Shown here: positions 31,539-42,029 of the stretch, piece after piece
How the letters are laid out: each line of letters starts with the position of its first letter
Position numbering within the stretch: the stretch's first letter is position 1
DNA from: an uncultured candidate division Zixibacteria bacterium
GTDB taxonomy: Bacteria > Zixibacteria > MSB-5A5 > GN15 > FEB-12
Assembly: GCA_963806185.1 (NCBI GenBank)
Contig: CAWDXE010000001.1
Coordinates: 512,001 to 576,000 of the forward strand
Reading direction: 5' to 3'
Length of the DNA: 64,000 bases
Position numbers and translations under genes: made by a program
The notes under the pieces: model-generated
What the model was told of the DNA's origin: nothing
Databases searched by the model: none
What the model saw: only the letters and a program-made list of their open reading frames with translations

Positions 31539-32882
31539 ATGGCTACCGCAAAACCCGCCGATGACGTCATGGAAAAACTGGTCTCGCTCAGCAAACGCCG
31601 GGGATATGTTTTCCCATCATCGGAAATCTACGGCGGCCTCAATTCCTGCTGGGACTACGGCCCGCTTGGCGCCGAACTGAAGCGAAACATCAAGAGCTTC
31701 TGGTGGGACGCTATGACTAACCGACGCGACGACGTCGAAGGCCTCGATGCCGCAATCCTGATGCACCCGCAGGTCTGGCATACGTCCGGCCACGTGGCCG
31801 AGTTTGTCGATCCGATGGTCGACTGCAAGAAGTGCAAAGGGCGTTTTCGCGCGGACAAGCTGGACGAATCCGCCTGTCTGCTCAAGCCGTCCAGGACGCC
31901 GCACACCTGCGGCATGGCGGAACTGACCGAGGTTCGCAATTTCAACCTGATGTTCAAGACGTTCATGGGGCCCGTCGAAGACGACTCCGCCACGATTTAC
32001 CTTCGCCCCGAGACGGCGCAGGGGATCTATGTCAATTTCCTGAACGTGAAGAATTCGTCACGGCAGAAAGTACCGTTCGGCATCGCCCAGATCGGCAAAG
32101 CGTTTCGCAATGAGATCACGCCGGGCAACTTCATTTTCCGAACTCGCGAGTTCGAGCAGATGGAGATGCAGTTCTTCATCCATCCGACCGAGGATGAGAA
32201 GTGGTTCGAGTACTGGCGCGAGGAGCGCTGGAAATTCTACGAACGGCTCGGCATTCGCATGAACAAACTGCGCTGGCATCAGCACGGACCGACCGAGCTC
32301 GCCCACTATGCCAAAGCGGCCTACGATATCGAATACGAGTATCCCTTCGGGTGGCAGGAATTGGAAGGGATTCACAACCGGACCGATTTCGATCTCGGTC
32401 GTCATATGGAAGCCACCAAGAAGGACATGCGCTACTTCGATGAGCGGTTCACTGAGAAGTTCATTCCCTATATCATCGAGACTTCTGCGGGGTGCGACCG
32501 GACATTACTGACTGTGTTGGTCGATGCCTACGAGGAAAAGGAAGTCAACGGCGAGCCACGCGTGTTCCTACACCTGTCGCCGCGCATCGCGCCGATCAAA
32601 GCGGCTATCTTCCCGCTGGTGAAGAAGGACGGCATGCCGGAGTTCGCCGAAAAAGTGTATCACGACCTAAAGCGGCGATTCAAGGTATTCTATGACGAGT
32701 CTGGCGCCGTGGGACGTCGGTATGCCCGCATGGACGAGGCCGGCTGCCCGTTCTGTATCACGGTCGACGGACAGTCGCTTCAGGACAATACGATGACGGT
32801 CCGCGATCGCGACTCAATGGAGCAAACGCGTATGACGGCCTTGCAGATTATGGAATTTCTGGATCAGAAGATTAACGGGTAA
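31539..32882 (+). CDS. glyQS: Glycine--tRNA ligase (alpha2 type)
   Basis: KRRG..FPSSEIYGG, LRPETAQG, FRNEITP, FRTREFEQME, IETSAG. Confidence 0.97.
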   Translation: MATAKPADDVMEKLVSLSKRRGYVFPSSEIYGGLNSCWDYGPLGAELKRNIKSFWWDAMTNRRDDVEGLDAAILMHPQVWHTSGHVAEFVDPMVDCKKCKGRFRADKLDESACLLKPSRTPHTCGMAELTEVRNFNLMFKTFMGPVEDDSATIYLRPETAQGIYVNFLNVKNSSRQKVPFGIAQIGKAFRNEITPGNFIFRTREFEQMEMQFFIHPTEDEKWFEYWREERWKFYERLGIRMNKLRWHQHGPTELAHYAKAAYDIEYEYPFGWQELEGIHNRTDFDLGRHMEATKKDMRYFDERFTEKFIPYIIETSAGCDRTLLTVLVDAYEEKEVNGEPRVFLHLSPRIAPIKAAIFPLVKKDGMPEFAEKVYHDLKRRFKVFYDESGAVGRRYARMDEAGCPFCITVDGQSLQDNTMTVRDRDSMEQTRMTALQIMEFLDQKING

Positions 32883-32897
32883 TCCGCCGCTGTCGGA

Positions 32898-33155
32898 TTA
32901 CACTCCCCACACATGCTCATCCAGGGCGCGCTCCATGTCCGCCAGGGTCGGATACATGGATGGCTTCAGGTCGCGCGGCAGCATACGCTGATCAGCCAGA
33001 GTGTGACCGTTGATAATCAAAATAGGTGATTGAACCGGTTGTTCGGACTCGGTGATCCGGGCCAGTACTCCACGCTCTTCGACGTATCTCCGCACGAAAC
33101 GGCGCGCTAATTCCTGTCGCGGGTCCGTGCTGGAATATATGATACTGATATCGAT
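32898..33155 (-). CDS. Small hypothetical protein, possible thioredoxin-like fold lacking CxxC
   Basis: ISIIY...SPILIING...YPT pattern; strong SD GGGAGG 5 nt before ATC (TTG at 33179 is an alternative). Confidence 0.6.
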   Translation of the reverse strand: MDISIIYSSTDPRQELARRFVRRYVEERGVLARITESEQPVQSPILIINGHTLADQRMLPRDLKPSMYPTLADMERALDEHVWGV

Positions 33156-33393
33156 AACTACCTCCCTGTACGATTTCAATCTGTACCCAATTGGGGTTGC
33201 TATGCAACAATAACATCTCCCCCAATTTATTTATGTGAAGTTCAGCGATAATGTTCCATAAAATCGCCAAAACATCACGCGCCGGCGTCACCTGACACCG
33301 GTAGTACAGTAGATGAAGTCGGTATAGTAAGTTAAGAAATCCCCACGTACTGTGCGATGACTGTACGTCGGAAAGGTAGAACCGGCGTGCGGC

Positions 33394-34446
33394 TCAAGCA
33401 ACGATTAAATGGTGCGTGGCAAGAGAAACTACTTCACCGATAATCCGACTGGGCAATCCCTCGGCAGCCAACTCGGCGCCAAACGCCTCAGCCCGGTCGG
33501 GAGCTATGGCTATCAGCAGTCCTCCGGAGGTCTGGGGGTCAAACAGCAGATGTTCGAGACTGGCGGGCAAGGTCGCCACAAAGCGTATGTGGGGGGTTAC
33601 AAACTCTCGGTTGTCACTGGCACCGCCGGGAATCATGCCGGCGTCGGCAAGTTCAAGCGCCTCGGGGAAGACGGGCAAGGCATCGGCGTAAAACATGATG
33701 CTAACGCCGGATCCTGAAGCCATCTCAAACCCATGTCCCATCAACCCATAGCCGGTGACATCAGTGGCCGCGTGCGCGGTATATTTTAGCATCAGCTCGG
33801 ATGCAGTTCGATTGAGAGCGGCCATTTGGGCCATGACCAAGGCCGTCACTTCGGGGCTGGCCTTGTCCCGCTTGATTCCGGTTGTAATTATGCCCGTGCC
33901 AAGCGGTTTGGTGAGGAAAAGCCGGTCACCCACCTGGGCACCGGAATTGGTGATGATCCGCGAGGGGTCAATGAGCCCGGTCGCCGCCACACCGAATTTC
34001 AATTCCTTGTCTTTGATGGAGTGTCCGCCGACAACGACCGCTCCGGCCTCAGTCACCTTGTCGTTTCCACCTCGCAGAATCTCAGTCAGAACTTCCTGGG
34101 GCATACCCATTGGGAAGCCTACGATATTCAAGGCAGTAATTGGCCGTCCTCCCATCGCATAGATATCGGACAGGGCGTTGGCCGCGGCAATCTGGCCGAA
34201 CATGTACGGGTCGTCGACAATTGGTGGAAAGAAGTCGACCGTTTGCACCAATGCCAACTGGTCACTGATCCGAAACACGCCGGCGTCGTCAGCCTTGTTG
34301 AAGCCGACCAGCAGGTCGGGGTGACTGGCTTGCGGCAGGTCTTTGAGAGCGTCGGCCAAGAACTTTGGCCCTAGTTTTGACGCTCAACCCGCGCAGGAGA
34401 CCTCGGCCGTCAGCTTGATGGTTGTCAGTTTGCGTTTGTCGTCCAC
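33394..34446 (-). CDS. selD: Selenide, water dikinase, selenocysteine-containing (TGA at 34384-34386)
   Basis: KLT...SCAG-TGA-ASKLGP in frame with DDAGV, TVDFFPPIVDDP, ATDVTGYGL.GH, DPQTSGGLL. Confidence 0.95.
34347..34385 (-). promoter_or_regulatory. Bacterial SECIS element of selD
   Basis: Overlapping and just 3' of the UGA: GAGCGUC-aaaacuag-GGCCAA-AGUUC-UUGGCC-GACGCUC two-stem hairpin with G in apical loop. Confidence 0.8.
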
Positions 34447-34720
34447 CCAGCCAATCTAAAGCGGTAAACACAGGCTGGCAAGTTTGCATAAGTGGCCAAG
34501 TCATGCAGTTTTAGGCCCAACCGGGGGGCTCGACAATGAATGAGGCGCCCTGTGCAGCTTTTGAACAGCGAAACTGCTCCCCAATCGCTCTAATTCTTTC
34601 ATTTTCTTCCGATTATATACCAATAACCGGGCTTGTGACCGGTCACCCAGGTGCCAAAAGCGCTTTTGCCGAGGTCTGGGATTCTGGAGCACACGAAAGA
34701 TAGGACGACACGAGCTTAAG

Positions 34721-36850
34721 ATGAGCCAGGAAAAGAAATCGAACCTCCGTATTGACGAGATTCTTCTCTGGGACGGTCTGGTTACTGAGACCCAGGTTCG
34801 GGAAGCCCTGCAGCACCAGAAACTTCACGGCGGTAAAATCGGGTCGCACCTCATGCGACAGGGTCATGTCAATGAGGCTGGGCTGGTGCAGGCACTGTCA
34901 CGCCAACTCGGCTGCGAGGGCGTGATCCTTACCGGACGTGAGATTCCAGCTGACGTCATTGCCCTTGTCCCACAACAGGTGGCGATCGCCAGAACAGTCA
35001 TCCCATTCAACTACGATCTGAATGCCAAGACTGTTGATATTGCCTGCGAGAACCCATCCGATCAGGATCTGCTTAACGAGCTATCGTTCATCCTGAAGGA
35101 TCGGACAATCAGATTATTCATTGCCGCTGAGATCGCCCTGAAGTCCGCGATCGCCCGGTACTACCTGGCTATGCCGGGGCGGGAAGCGGATCAAACCGGA
35201 GATATGGTTAAGGGGATATTCGCCTCTGACCCGACTTACCCGCAGGTGTCGGTTGGCACCAGGCGCGAGCCGGTATATCGGGGCACGATCCTCATGGTCA
35301 CCGACGATCAATTGGCTGATTTTCGTCTGCGCGAAGCAATGGAAATGGAACATTATCGCGTGGTGACGACGGAGTCAGCCGATGACGCCATCGACATCAT
35401 TTCCGGCCAGCAGTTTGACACGGTGTTTATTCGCGACAGCGTCCAGGGCGATTACATCGATTTGATCGATCGGTTGCGCAAAATTTCTCCGCGCACCAGA
35501 GTTCGTTATTACGACGCCGCCACCAGTCTGCTGACCGACAGCGAGGGAAGCACCACAATCGTTGATCTGCAGGTGCGCAATCTCGATCTCTTCACCTCTT
35601 TGTTGTCATCACGTGAGAAACTCGCCAGCAATCACAGTGGGACGGTTGGTCAGTATGTCGACAAGCTCTGCCGGCATATCGGGATTCCGGACAAAGACCG
35701 ATTGGTGATTACGACCGCCGCCTACCTGCATGACCTGGGTCGATTCTACTATGGTGACGCCACGCAGTTGAGCGACAGCCGCTCGCAGATCAATCTGACA
35801 ATTAAGCTGCTCGATTCGCTCAATTATTCGCCGCTCGTGATCGGTATTCTGCGCTCGATGTATATCAATCTGCGGGAGAAATACACCAAACGGCTGCCGA
35901 TTGAGACGCTCGGGGGCAATATCCTGACCGTCATCGATATCTTCTGCGAGCACATTCCGGTGGGCCAGAAGATGTCGCTGGATCGGTTCGAGGTCGTTCA
36001 GCGGAAATTTCATGACCTCAAGGGGAAGCTCTTTCTCTCCGAAGTGGTCGACGCCTTCCTGAACATGATTCAGAAGGACATTCTGTTGCCGCAGCCGAAC
36101 GAGAAGTTCAATCAGGTCATGGTGTATTGCGACGATGAAGAAATCATTGCCCCCGTGGAAAATCGCCTGCGAAGCGAGGGGTTCCGCACGATCAAGCAAT
36201 CCAAACTCGAGGCTTTCATCGACCTGTACAAGCGAAGCAAGCCGGACATCCTCGTGCTGATCGAACATGGCGGACCGTCAAAGGTAGTCAATTTGATTGA
36301 CGCGACCATCTCCGGCGGTATTGATCTCAAGCAGGTACCGACGTTTCTCCTGACCGACGTCTGGGTGGCTTCACAGTTGACCTCTATTTTTGACAAGGGA
36401 ATCGAGGACCTGATTCCGATCGACAACAACCTGAATCTGCTGATTGTGAAGATGAAGAAAGTCCGGTCCCGCATTGAAGCGGCCTCGAATATACCGATGG
36501 CGCCCAAGGACATTCCGGACGGCACCGGGGCGATGGGCAATCTGGTTGACATGAACCTGATTGATCTCCTCCAGGCACTGGGGCCGAGTCGCCGCACGGT
36601 GCGATTGACCGTCTCGTCCAACGCGAATGAGCTGATCATGTACCTCGATCGGGGCGATATCGTCTACGCCAAGCTGAACGAGCAGCAAGGTGCGGAAGCG
36701 GTTTATGAGGGGCTGAACTGGAAATCAGGTTTCTGGACGGTGCAGCCGGTTACTCGCGAACAACTCCCGCAGCCGAATAACGAATTCAGCAACGAATCGA
36801 TTCTGATGGAAGGGTGTCGACTGATCGACGAAAAGCAGAAGACCAGCTAG
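34721..36850 (+). CDS. Multidomain signalling protein: MshEN/GspE-N, receiver-like, HD, receiver-like, DUF4388
   Basis: RIDEILL..GLVT..QV.EAL..Q....KIG..L N-terminus; HS..V and AAYLHDLGR; C-terminal GNLVDMNLIDLLQ...SILMEG. Confidence 0.8.
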   Translation: MSQEKKSNLRIDEILLWDGLVTETQVREALQHQKLHGGKIGSHLMRQGHVNEAGLVQALSRQLGCEGVILTGREIPADVIALVPQQVAIARTVIPFNYDLNAKTVDIACENPSDQDLLNELSFILKDRTIRLFIAAEIALKSAIARYYLAMPGREADQTGDMVKGIFASDPTYPQVSVGTRREPVYRGTILMVTDDQLADFRLREAMEMEHYRVVTTESADDAIDIISGQQFDTVFIRDSVQGDYIDLIDRLRKISPRTRVRYYDAATSLLTDSEGSTTIVDLQVRNLDLFTSLLSSREKLASNHSGTVGQYVDKLCRHIGIPDKDRLVITTAAYLHDLGRFYYGDATQLSDSRSQINLTIKLLDSLNYSPLVIGILRSMYINLREKYTKRLPIETLGGNILTVIDIFCEHIPVGQKMSLDRFEVVQRKFHDLKGKLFLSEVVDAFLNMIQKDILLPQPNEKFNQVMVYCDDEEIIAPVENRLRSEGFRTIKQSKLEAFIDLYKRSKPDILVLIEHGGPSKVVNLIDATISGGIDLKQVPTFLLTDVWVASQLTSIFDKGIEDLIPIDNNLNLLIVKMKKVRSRIEAASNIPMAPKDIPDGTGAMGNLVDMNLIDLLQALGPSRRTVRLTVSSNANELIMYLDRGDIVYAKLNEQQGAEAVYEGLNWKSGFWTVQPVTREQLPQPNNEFSNESILMEGCRLIDEKQKTS

Positions 36851-37347
36851 GCGGAATTCCTGTCGGTGACAGGGACAGCACTGCTTACAGACTCAATCCA
36901 CCGCTCGATCTGCCGCAAGGCCGGTTCAATCGCCTCGATGATCGGAGGCGTCATCTGTTCGGACAGCGTATTGACATCGAGGGCTTCCACGGCCAGGACA
37001 GTCACCTTCTCCGGCATCTTCGCGCCAAGCGCCCGCCCCAGGGCAAGAGCGGTAGGTAAGCTGATCTGGTGTGAGCCGGTCAGCGTATTCGACGGCGCCA
37101 GCTCCCCCGCATCGAAGAGATGCAGAGTACCGGGACGAGCATGGCCTGTCACGATAGCATCGACAATCAGGACACGAGGCCGATCACACAACAAGTCCAG
37201 GAGCGCAAAGCCGGCTGTGGCGGCGCTGATAATCTCAACGCCGCCGATATGTTTCGCACGGGCCGAGAGGCGGTCGGCCACGGTCGGCCCGAACGCATCA
37301 TCACAATGCACTTCATTTCCGAGGCAGAGTACCAGCGGAGCGCGCAC
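36847..37347 (-). CDS. Hydrogenase maturation protease
   Basis: LCLGNEVHCDDAFG, LIVDAI, GSHQ; follows large subunit that has a C-terminal extension. Confidence 0.92.
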   Translation of the reverse strand: MRAPLVLCLGNEVHCDDAFGPTVADRLSARAKHIGGVEIISAATAGFALLDLLCDRPRVLIVDAIVTGHARPGTLHLFDAGELAPSNTLTGSHQISLPTALALGRALGAKMPEKVTVLAVEALDVNTLSEQMTPPIIEAIEPALRQIERWIESVSSAVPVTDRNSA

Positions 37348-37349
37348 GG

Positions 37350-38828
37350 CTATCTCCTCACGATATCGATCACCTCGCACGTAGCGGCGTCGTGCACGAT
37401 CAGTTCCAGCGGCATCTCGCCGGGAAGCGTGTGCGTGGCACAGCCAAAGCAGGGGTCATAGGCGCGGAACGCCATCTCGATCTTGTTGAGGGTGCCATTG
37501 GTGATCGGCTTGCCCTTCTTGATCAGCCCCTGCGCCGCCCGCTTGATAGACATTGAGATCGGGGCATTGTTATTGGTGGTGCCAACTATCAAGTTGGCTT
37601 CGGTGACGATGCCATTCTTATCGGTCTTGTAATGGTGGGTCAGCGTTCCGCGCGGGGCCTCGACAATACCCACCCCCTCGCCGACAATTCCCGTCGGAAT
37701 GGTATGGATGTTGTCGGACGTAATCTCGTCGTCCTGGGCCATCTGTGCGACGGCCTCACTCGCATACACCAGTTCGACAATGCGCGCCCAGTGAGTGGCA
37801 AGAGTCGAATGGACGGGTGTCTTGCCGGACCGATCCTTGGTCAAGGTCTCATAAAAACGCTCGTATTCGGCCTGGGCCAGCGGGGTTGCCATGCCGTCCG
37901 AAACATTGAGGCGCGACAGCGGCGTCGCTTTGTACACGCCCGAGTCCATGCCGTCGACAAACCCCTTCCACCCCACCTTTTTCAGATAGGGGTATTTGAG
38001 GTAGCTATACGGCTCGACGTGTTCGGCGACGTAATCGAGATAGTCCTTTGGCTCGTACTGCGCATGCCTCGTACCGTCGGGGCCGGTTACGCGCACCTGG
38101 CCGTCGTAGAAGTTCACCTTGCCGTTCTTATCCACCAGACCCATGTTATATGTCTGGTGCGCGTAGGCATCGGAAAGAATGAGATCAACATACTGCTTGT
38201 TGGCCAGGACGATGTCGTTGAGCACCTGCACGGCGAATTTGGAGAATTCGACCATATCCTTGCCGATCTGAATGATTTCCTGCTGTTCTTCCTTTGTCAC
38301 ACGCTTGGACATGCCGCCGGGAATGGCCGTCACCGGGTGCACTTTCTTGCCGCCGATGATTTCAATGACGCGCTGCCCGCGTGCTCGCTGGGCGATCACT
38401 TTCTTGCCGGCATCCAGACCTACCTTTGCTATGACCCCAAGAATGTTCCGTTCGGCCGGCGGAGCGTCGGGGCCGCACACAAAATCCGGACCACCGAGGG
38501 CAAAGAAATGGGTCGTGTGGTCGCCGGAGTAAAAGGCACAGTACATCAGTTCGCGAAGTTTGAAGGCAGCCGATGGAATCGTGACGCCATAGACTGCGTC
38601 AGCCGCTTTGGCCGCCGCCAGATGGTGGGCATCGGGACAGACGCCGCAAATGCGGGTAGTGATGCGCGCTAATTCCTCGACCGGTCTTCCCTGCGCGAAT
38701 TTCTCAAAACCACGCAGTTCAGGCACCTGGAAGTAGCAGTTCACCAACTCGCCGTCATCGCCGACAAAGAGGTGAATCTTGCCGTGCCCTTCAAGACGGG
38801 TAATCGGATCGATCAATATCTGTTTCAT
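37350..38828 (-). CDS. mvhA: [NiFe]-hydrogenase large subunit, group 3c (Mvh)
   Basis: ITRLEGH, L1 RICGVCPDAH, EAPRGTL.HHY, L2 AYDPCFGCATH + extension; mvhDG/hdr context. Confidence 0.94.
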   Translation of the reverse strand: MKQILIDPITRLEGHGKIHLFVGDDGELVNCYFQVPELRGFEKFAQGRPVEELARITTRICGVCPDAHHLAAAKAADAVYGVTIPSAAFKLRELMYCAFYSGDHTTHFFALGGPDFVCGPDAPPAERNILGVIAKVGLDAGKKVIAQRARGQRVIEIIGGKKVHPVTAIPGGMSKRVTKEEQQEIIQIGKDMVEFSKFAVQVLNDIVLANKQYVDLILSDAYAHQTYNMGLVDKNGKVNFYDGQVRVTGPDGTRHAQYEPKDYLDYVAEHVEPYSYLKYPYLKKVGWKGFVDGMDSGVYKATPLSRLNVSDGMATPLAQAEYERFYETLTKDRSGKTPVHSTLATHWARIVELVYASEAVAQMAQDDEITSDNIHTIPTGIVGEGVGIVEAPRGTLTHHYKTDKNGIVTEANLIVGTTNNNAPISMSIKRAAQGLIKKGKPITNGTLNKIEMAFRAYDPCFGCATHTLPGEMPLELIVHDAATCEVIDIVRR

Positions 38829-39796
38829 GATTGCACCCTCCGCAGAAGCGACTCGGGCAGGCTGAAACGGTAGAAGGTACCGATCGGATCGGCGATACTA
38901 TCAATGATACGATCAATCTCGGCCGGGTCTGATGAGTCAATTACACTGGCTATGGCGGAGGCCATTTTGGCGCCCTGATCGCGGACATTGAGCGGTATAC
39001 CGTAACACCCCCGGCAAGGCATGCCGGCGTTGACGCATTTGGCTCCGCAGCCGGAGCGAGTCGCCGGGCCGAGGCAGATGACTCCCTGCTCCAGCAAACA
39101 CAGTTTGGGATCGGCATGAACCTCAAACGGTCGGACGAATTTCTTGATCTTCTTGATATTCCGATCCCTCGTGCACTCGTCGCAGCAGCATTTTTCGCTG
39201 GCCCCCAGCACGGTTCCCTTTGGCGGGAGCGGCTTGCCGTTCTGCAGTATATCAATGACAGCCGCCACCACTGCGGCAATCTGATCGGACTGCGGCGGGC
39301 AACCGGGAATGATGTAATCGACATCAACTACCTGCCCCAGCGTACGTACGGTGTTCCACAGTTCCGGGATATGCAAAGTCCCTTCGGGCACAGTCACCTC
39401 GGGCTGCGGCAGAATCCCCTCCGGATTCACGGTCGAAGGTGACTCTTTGTAGGCATAGTTCATGATGCCCTGTTTGGTATAGAGATTGGCCAGCCCGGGG
39501 ATGCATCCCTCGGAGGCACAACTGCCAAAGGCACACAGGACGACGGACTTTTGCCGTAGAAGACGCGCGATTTCGTAGTTTTCGTCACTGCGAATAGCGC
39601 CGTTGAAAAGCGTCAGCGTGATTGACTTGTCCTCCATGGCCCGCACGTCGTCGTACTTGAAATCGGTCGCACAGGGCCAGAAGACAATATCGAAGAAATT
39701 GGCGACATCCAGAATCTTCTCTTCTATATCGAGAATGGCGATATCACACCCGCCACATGAGGCGGCCCAGTAAATAGCCAGTTTTGGTTTTGCCAT
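38825..39796 (-). CDS. mvhG: [NiFe]-hydrogenase small subunit
   Basis: SCGGC, GSCA..GCIPGLAN, PGCPP, CDEC, CLLEQGVICLGPATRSGC, CRGCYG. Confidence 0.94.
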   Translation of the reverse strand: MAKPKLAIYWAASCGGCDIAILDIEEKILDVANFFDIVFWPCATDFKYDDVRAMEDKSITLTLFNGAIRSDENYEIARLLRQKSVVLCAFGSCASEGCIPGLANLYTKQGIMNYAYKESPSTVNPEGILPQPEVTVPEGTLHIPELWNTVRTLGQVVDVDYIIPGCPPQSDQIAAVVAAVIDILQNGKPLPPKGTVLGASEKCCCDECTRDRNIKKIKKFVRPFEVHADPKLCLLEQGVICLGPATRSGCGAKCVNAGMPCRGCYGIPLNVRDQGAKMASAIASVIDSSDPAEIDRIIDSIADPIGTFYRFSLPESLLRRVQS

Positions 39797-39799
39797 AGG

Positions 39800-40261
39800 T
39801 TACTCCTTCCCCGCCGCCACTGCCGGCTGCTCGGATTTCTCCGGAACGAATGCCCAGTCGTTGAGTTTGAAGGGGCCAAGTTGCCTGATCTCTTCGGTGA
39901 ATTCAGTGATGACCTGCTGGAAACGGGCACCCTCCGAGGCGGACACCCATTCCAGTCGCAGCCGGCGCGGGTCGATACCCATCCCATTGAGAATCTTCTT
40001 GGTGATGGGGATTCGCCGCAGGCATTTGTAATTTCCTTCGACATAATGACAGTCGCCGGGATGGCAGCCACAGACTATCACGCCGTCGGCGCCGCGACGA
40101 AACGAATCAAGAACAAATGTCGGATCGACTCGCCCCGAGCACATGACGCGGATCGCCATTACGTTCGGGGGGTACTTCATGCGGGCCGTACCGGCGAGGT
40201 CGGCCCCGGTGTAGCTGCACCAGTTGCAGAGAAAGCCGATGATGCGGGGTTCGAAACTCAT
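39800..40261 (-). CDS. mvhD: Hydrogenase/Hdr [2Fe-2S] adaptor subunit
   Basis: FLCNWCSYTGADLAG, VMCSGRV, GCHPGDCHY, WVSASEG. Confidence 0.96.
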   Translation of the reverse strand: MSFEPRIIGFLCNWCSYTGADLAGTARMKYPPNVMAIRVMCSGRVDPTFVLDSFRRGADGVIVCGCHPGDCHYVEGNYKCLRRIPITKKILNGMGIDPRRLRLEWVSASEGARFQQVITEFTEEIRQLGPFKLNDWAFVPEKSEQPAVAAGKE

Positions 40262-42015
40262 GACAGCATCCCCTCGATTTGAGCGTATATCTGATCGTCG
40301 GTAAATTGGCGGGCAGAAATCGCGCCCGCAGGACAAGCTGCCACGCATGTCCCACAGGCCTTGCACAAGGCGGAATTCACCGTACTCACCTTCTTTTCGG
40401 CATTGTAATCGATGGCCGAATACGGACACATGTCGTTGCAGATACGACAACCGGAACAGTATTCTTCCTGCACCACCGCATAGGCGGCATCCATGAGGAT
40501 TTCGCCCTGGGCAAACAGCTTGAGCACCTGAGCGGCCGCCGCGCCGCCCTGGGCGACGGTATCCGGAATGTCCTTCGCCCCCTGGCAGGCGCCGGCCAAA
40601 AAGACTCCGTCAGTCGTAGTCGATACGGGAGCCAGTTTCGGGTGCGCCTCGATAAACCAACCGTCGGCGCCGGTCGAGATATTGAACTTGCGGCCGGTCT
40701 CTTTGGCGTCGGGCCGCGCTTCGAGCGCCGTGCAGAGGATGACCATGTCCACCGGGATTTCGCGGAATTTGCCGATCAACGTATCTTCGCAGCAGACCAG
40801 GAGGTGTCCTTCGTCGCCGCGTCGGTTACCGGAAGGAATCACCTCGGCTACTTTGCCGCGGATGACGTTGACGTCCTCATCAAGGATCCTCTGGTAGAAC
40901 TCCTCGTACCCTTTACCGAAGGAACGCACATCGATGTAGAACTGGTATACCTCGGCACTGGTCTTTTCCTTAACCAGATGCGAGAACTTGAAGGCATACA
41001 TGCAGCAGACGCGGCTGCAGTACTTGTGATGGTTCTCATCGCGGCTGCCTACGCAGTGGACAATGGCGATGGCGCGTGGCTCTTCGCCGTTCTCCAGCAT
41101 GATCTTGCCGCCGGTGCTACCGGCCGCATTATTCATAACCTCGAATTCTTCGGCCGTTATGACATTGGGCAGGCGACCGTAGCCGAACTGCTTCATCGGC
41201 GTCGGATCAAACGATTCGAAGCCGGTGGCCATGATGACCGCACCGACGTCAAATTCCTCGACCACATCCGAGGTGTGGAAATCGATCGCTTCCTTCGGGC
41301 AGACTTTGGCACAGACCATGCATCCGCCGGTCTTGAAATGAATGCAGTTCTCGCGGTAGATCCGCGGCACATTCGGCACGGCCTGGCGGAAGGGAAGAGA
41401 GATGGCCGCATTCGGGCTGAGGCTCAGTTCGCGGTGATCGACCTCCTTAAGGTCGAGCGATTCCATCTGGATATAGCCGGTCGGACACAGTTTGGCGCAG
41501 GCACCACACAGGATACAGTTGGTGGATTCGGCATCAAAGGCGGTCGAGACGTCGCGCTCGGCGCCGCGATTGATAAAAGACAGTGCGTGGGCGCCAACGA
41601 CCTCATCGCACACGCGGACACACAATCCGCAGAGAATACAGGTATAGGTTCCCGTACCCCAGCGGGGTTCGGTGATCCCCAACTGCTCCGCCAGTCTTTG
41701 CAGTACCGGAACAGGCGAGCAGTTAGCCATGAGCATTTCCAGGTTCGTGCGTCGAGCATTAATGACGCGGGCGGTGTCAGTGAAGATTTGCAGCCCGTCC
41801 CAGGCGGGATAATTGCAGGCGGTCACAATCTTGTTCCACCCGTTGCCGGCGCGGGCTTCCACCGCGCAAATGCGACAGGCGGCATACGGCGTCATATGGG
41901 GATAGTAGCAGAGAGTCGGGATTTCAATGCCAAGTTGCTTGGCCGCCTCGAGTATGTACGAGCCTTCCTCGACTTCCACCTTCTGTCCATCTATCGTTAT
42001 TGAAACAAGGGGCAT
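40258..42015 (-). CDS. hdrA: Fusion: NuoG/HydA-type N-terminal Fe-S module + C-terminal half of HdrA
   Basis: IPTLC...CRIC...TAC [2Fe-2S]; CILCGLCVRVC, CILCGACAKLCP; then PFRQAVP, VGAVIMATG, CVGSRD, YCSRVCCMYAFK, HPKLAPV, AGACQGAKDIPD, C-terminal 2x[4Fe-4S]. Confidence 0.9.
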   Translation of the reverse strand: MPLVSITIDGQKVEVEEGSYILEAAKQLGIEIPTLCYYPHMTPYAACRICAVEARAGNGWNKIVTACNYPAWDGLQIFTDTARVINARRTNLEMLMANCSPVPVLQRLAEQLGITEPRWGTGTYTCILCGLCVRVCDEVVGAHALSFINRGAERDVSTAFDAESTNCILCGACAKLCPTGYIQMESLDLKEVDHRELSLSPNAAISLPFRQAVPNVPRIYRENCIHFKTGGCMVCAKVCPKEAIDFHTSDVVEEFDVGAVIMATGFESFDPTPMKQFGYGRLPNVITAEEFEVMNNAAGSTGGKIMLENGEEPRAIAIVHCVGSRDENHHKYCSRVCCMYAFKFSHLVKEKTSAEVYQFYIDVRSFGKGYEEFYQRILDEDVNVIRGKVAEVIPSGNRRGDEGHLLVCCEDTLIGKFREIPVDMVILCTALEARPDAKETGRKFNISTGADGWFIEAHPKLAPVSTTTDGVFLAGACQGAKDIPDTVAQGGAAAAQVLKLFAQGEILMDAAYAVVQEEYCSGCRICNDMCPYSAIDYNAEKKVSTVNSALCKACGTCVAACPAGAISARQFTDDQIYAQIEGMLS

Positions 42016-42029
42016 ATGGTCAACACCTC

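Noticed and set aside
33180..33393. tRNA-Sec or other RNA gene beside selD
   Set aside because: No cloverleaf or T-loop motif recognised; no tRNA or rRNA seen anywhere in the window
40279..42003. Long antisense ORFs (also 42000-43121, 44770-46185, 52316-53797, 37632-38672)
   Set aside because: Shadows of GC-rich genes on the other strand with no protein motifs
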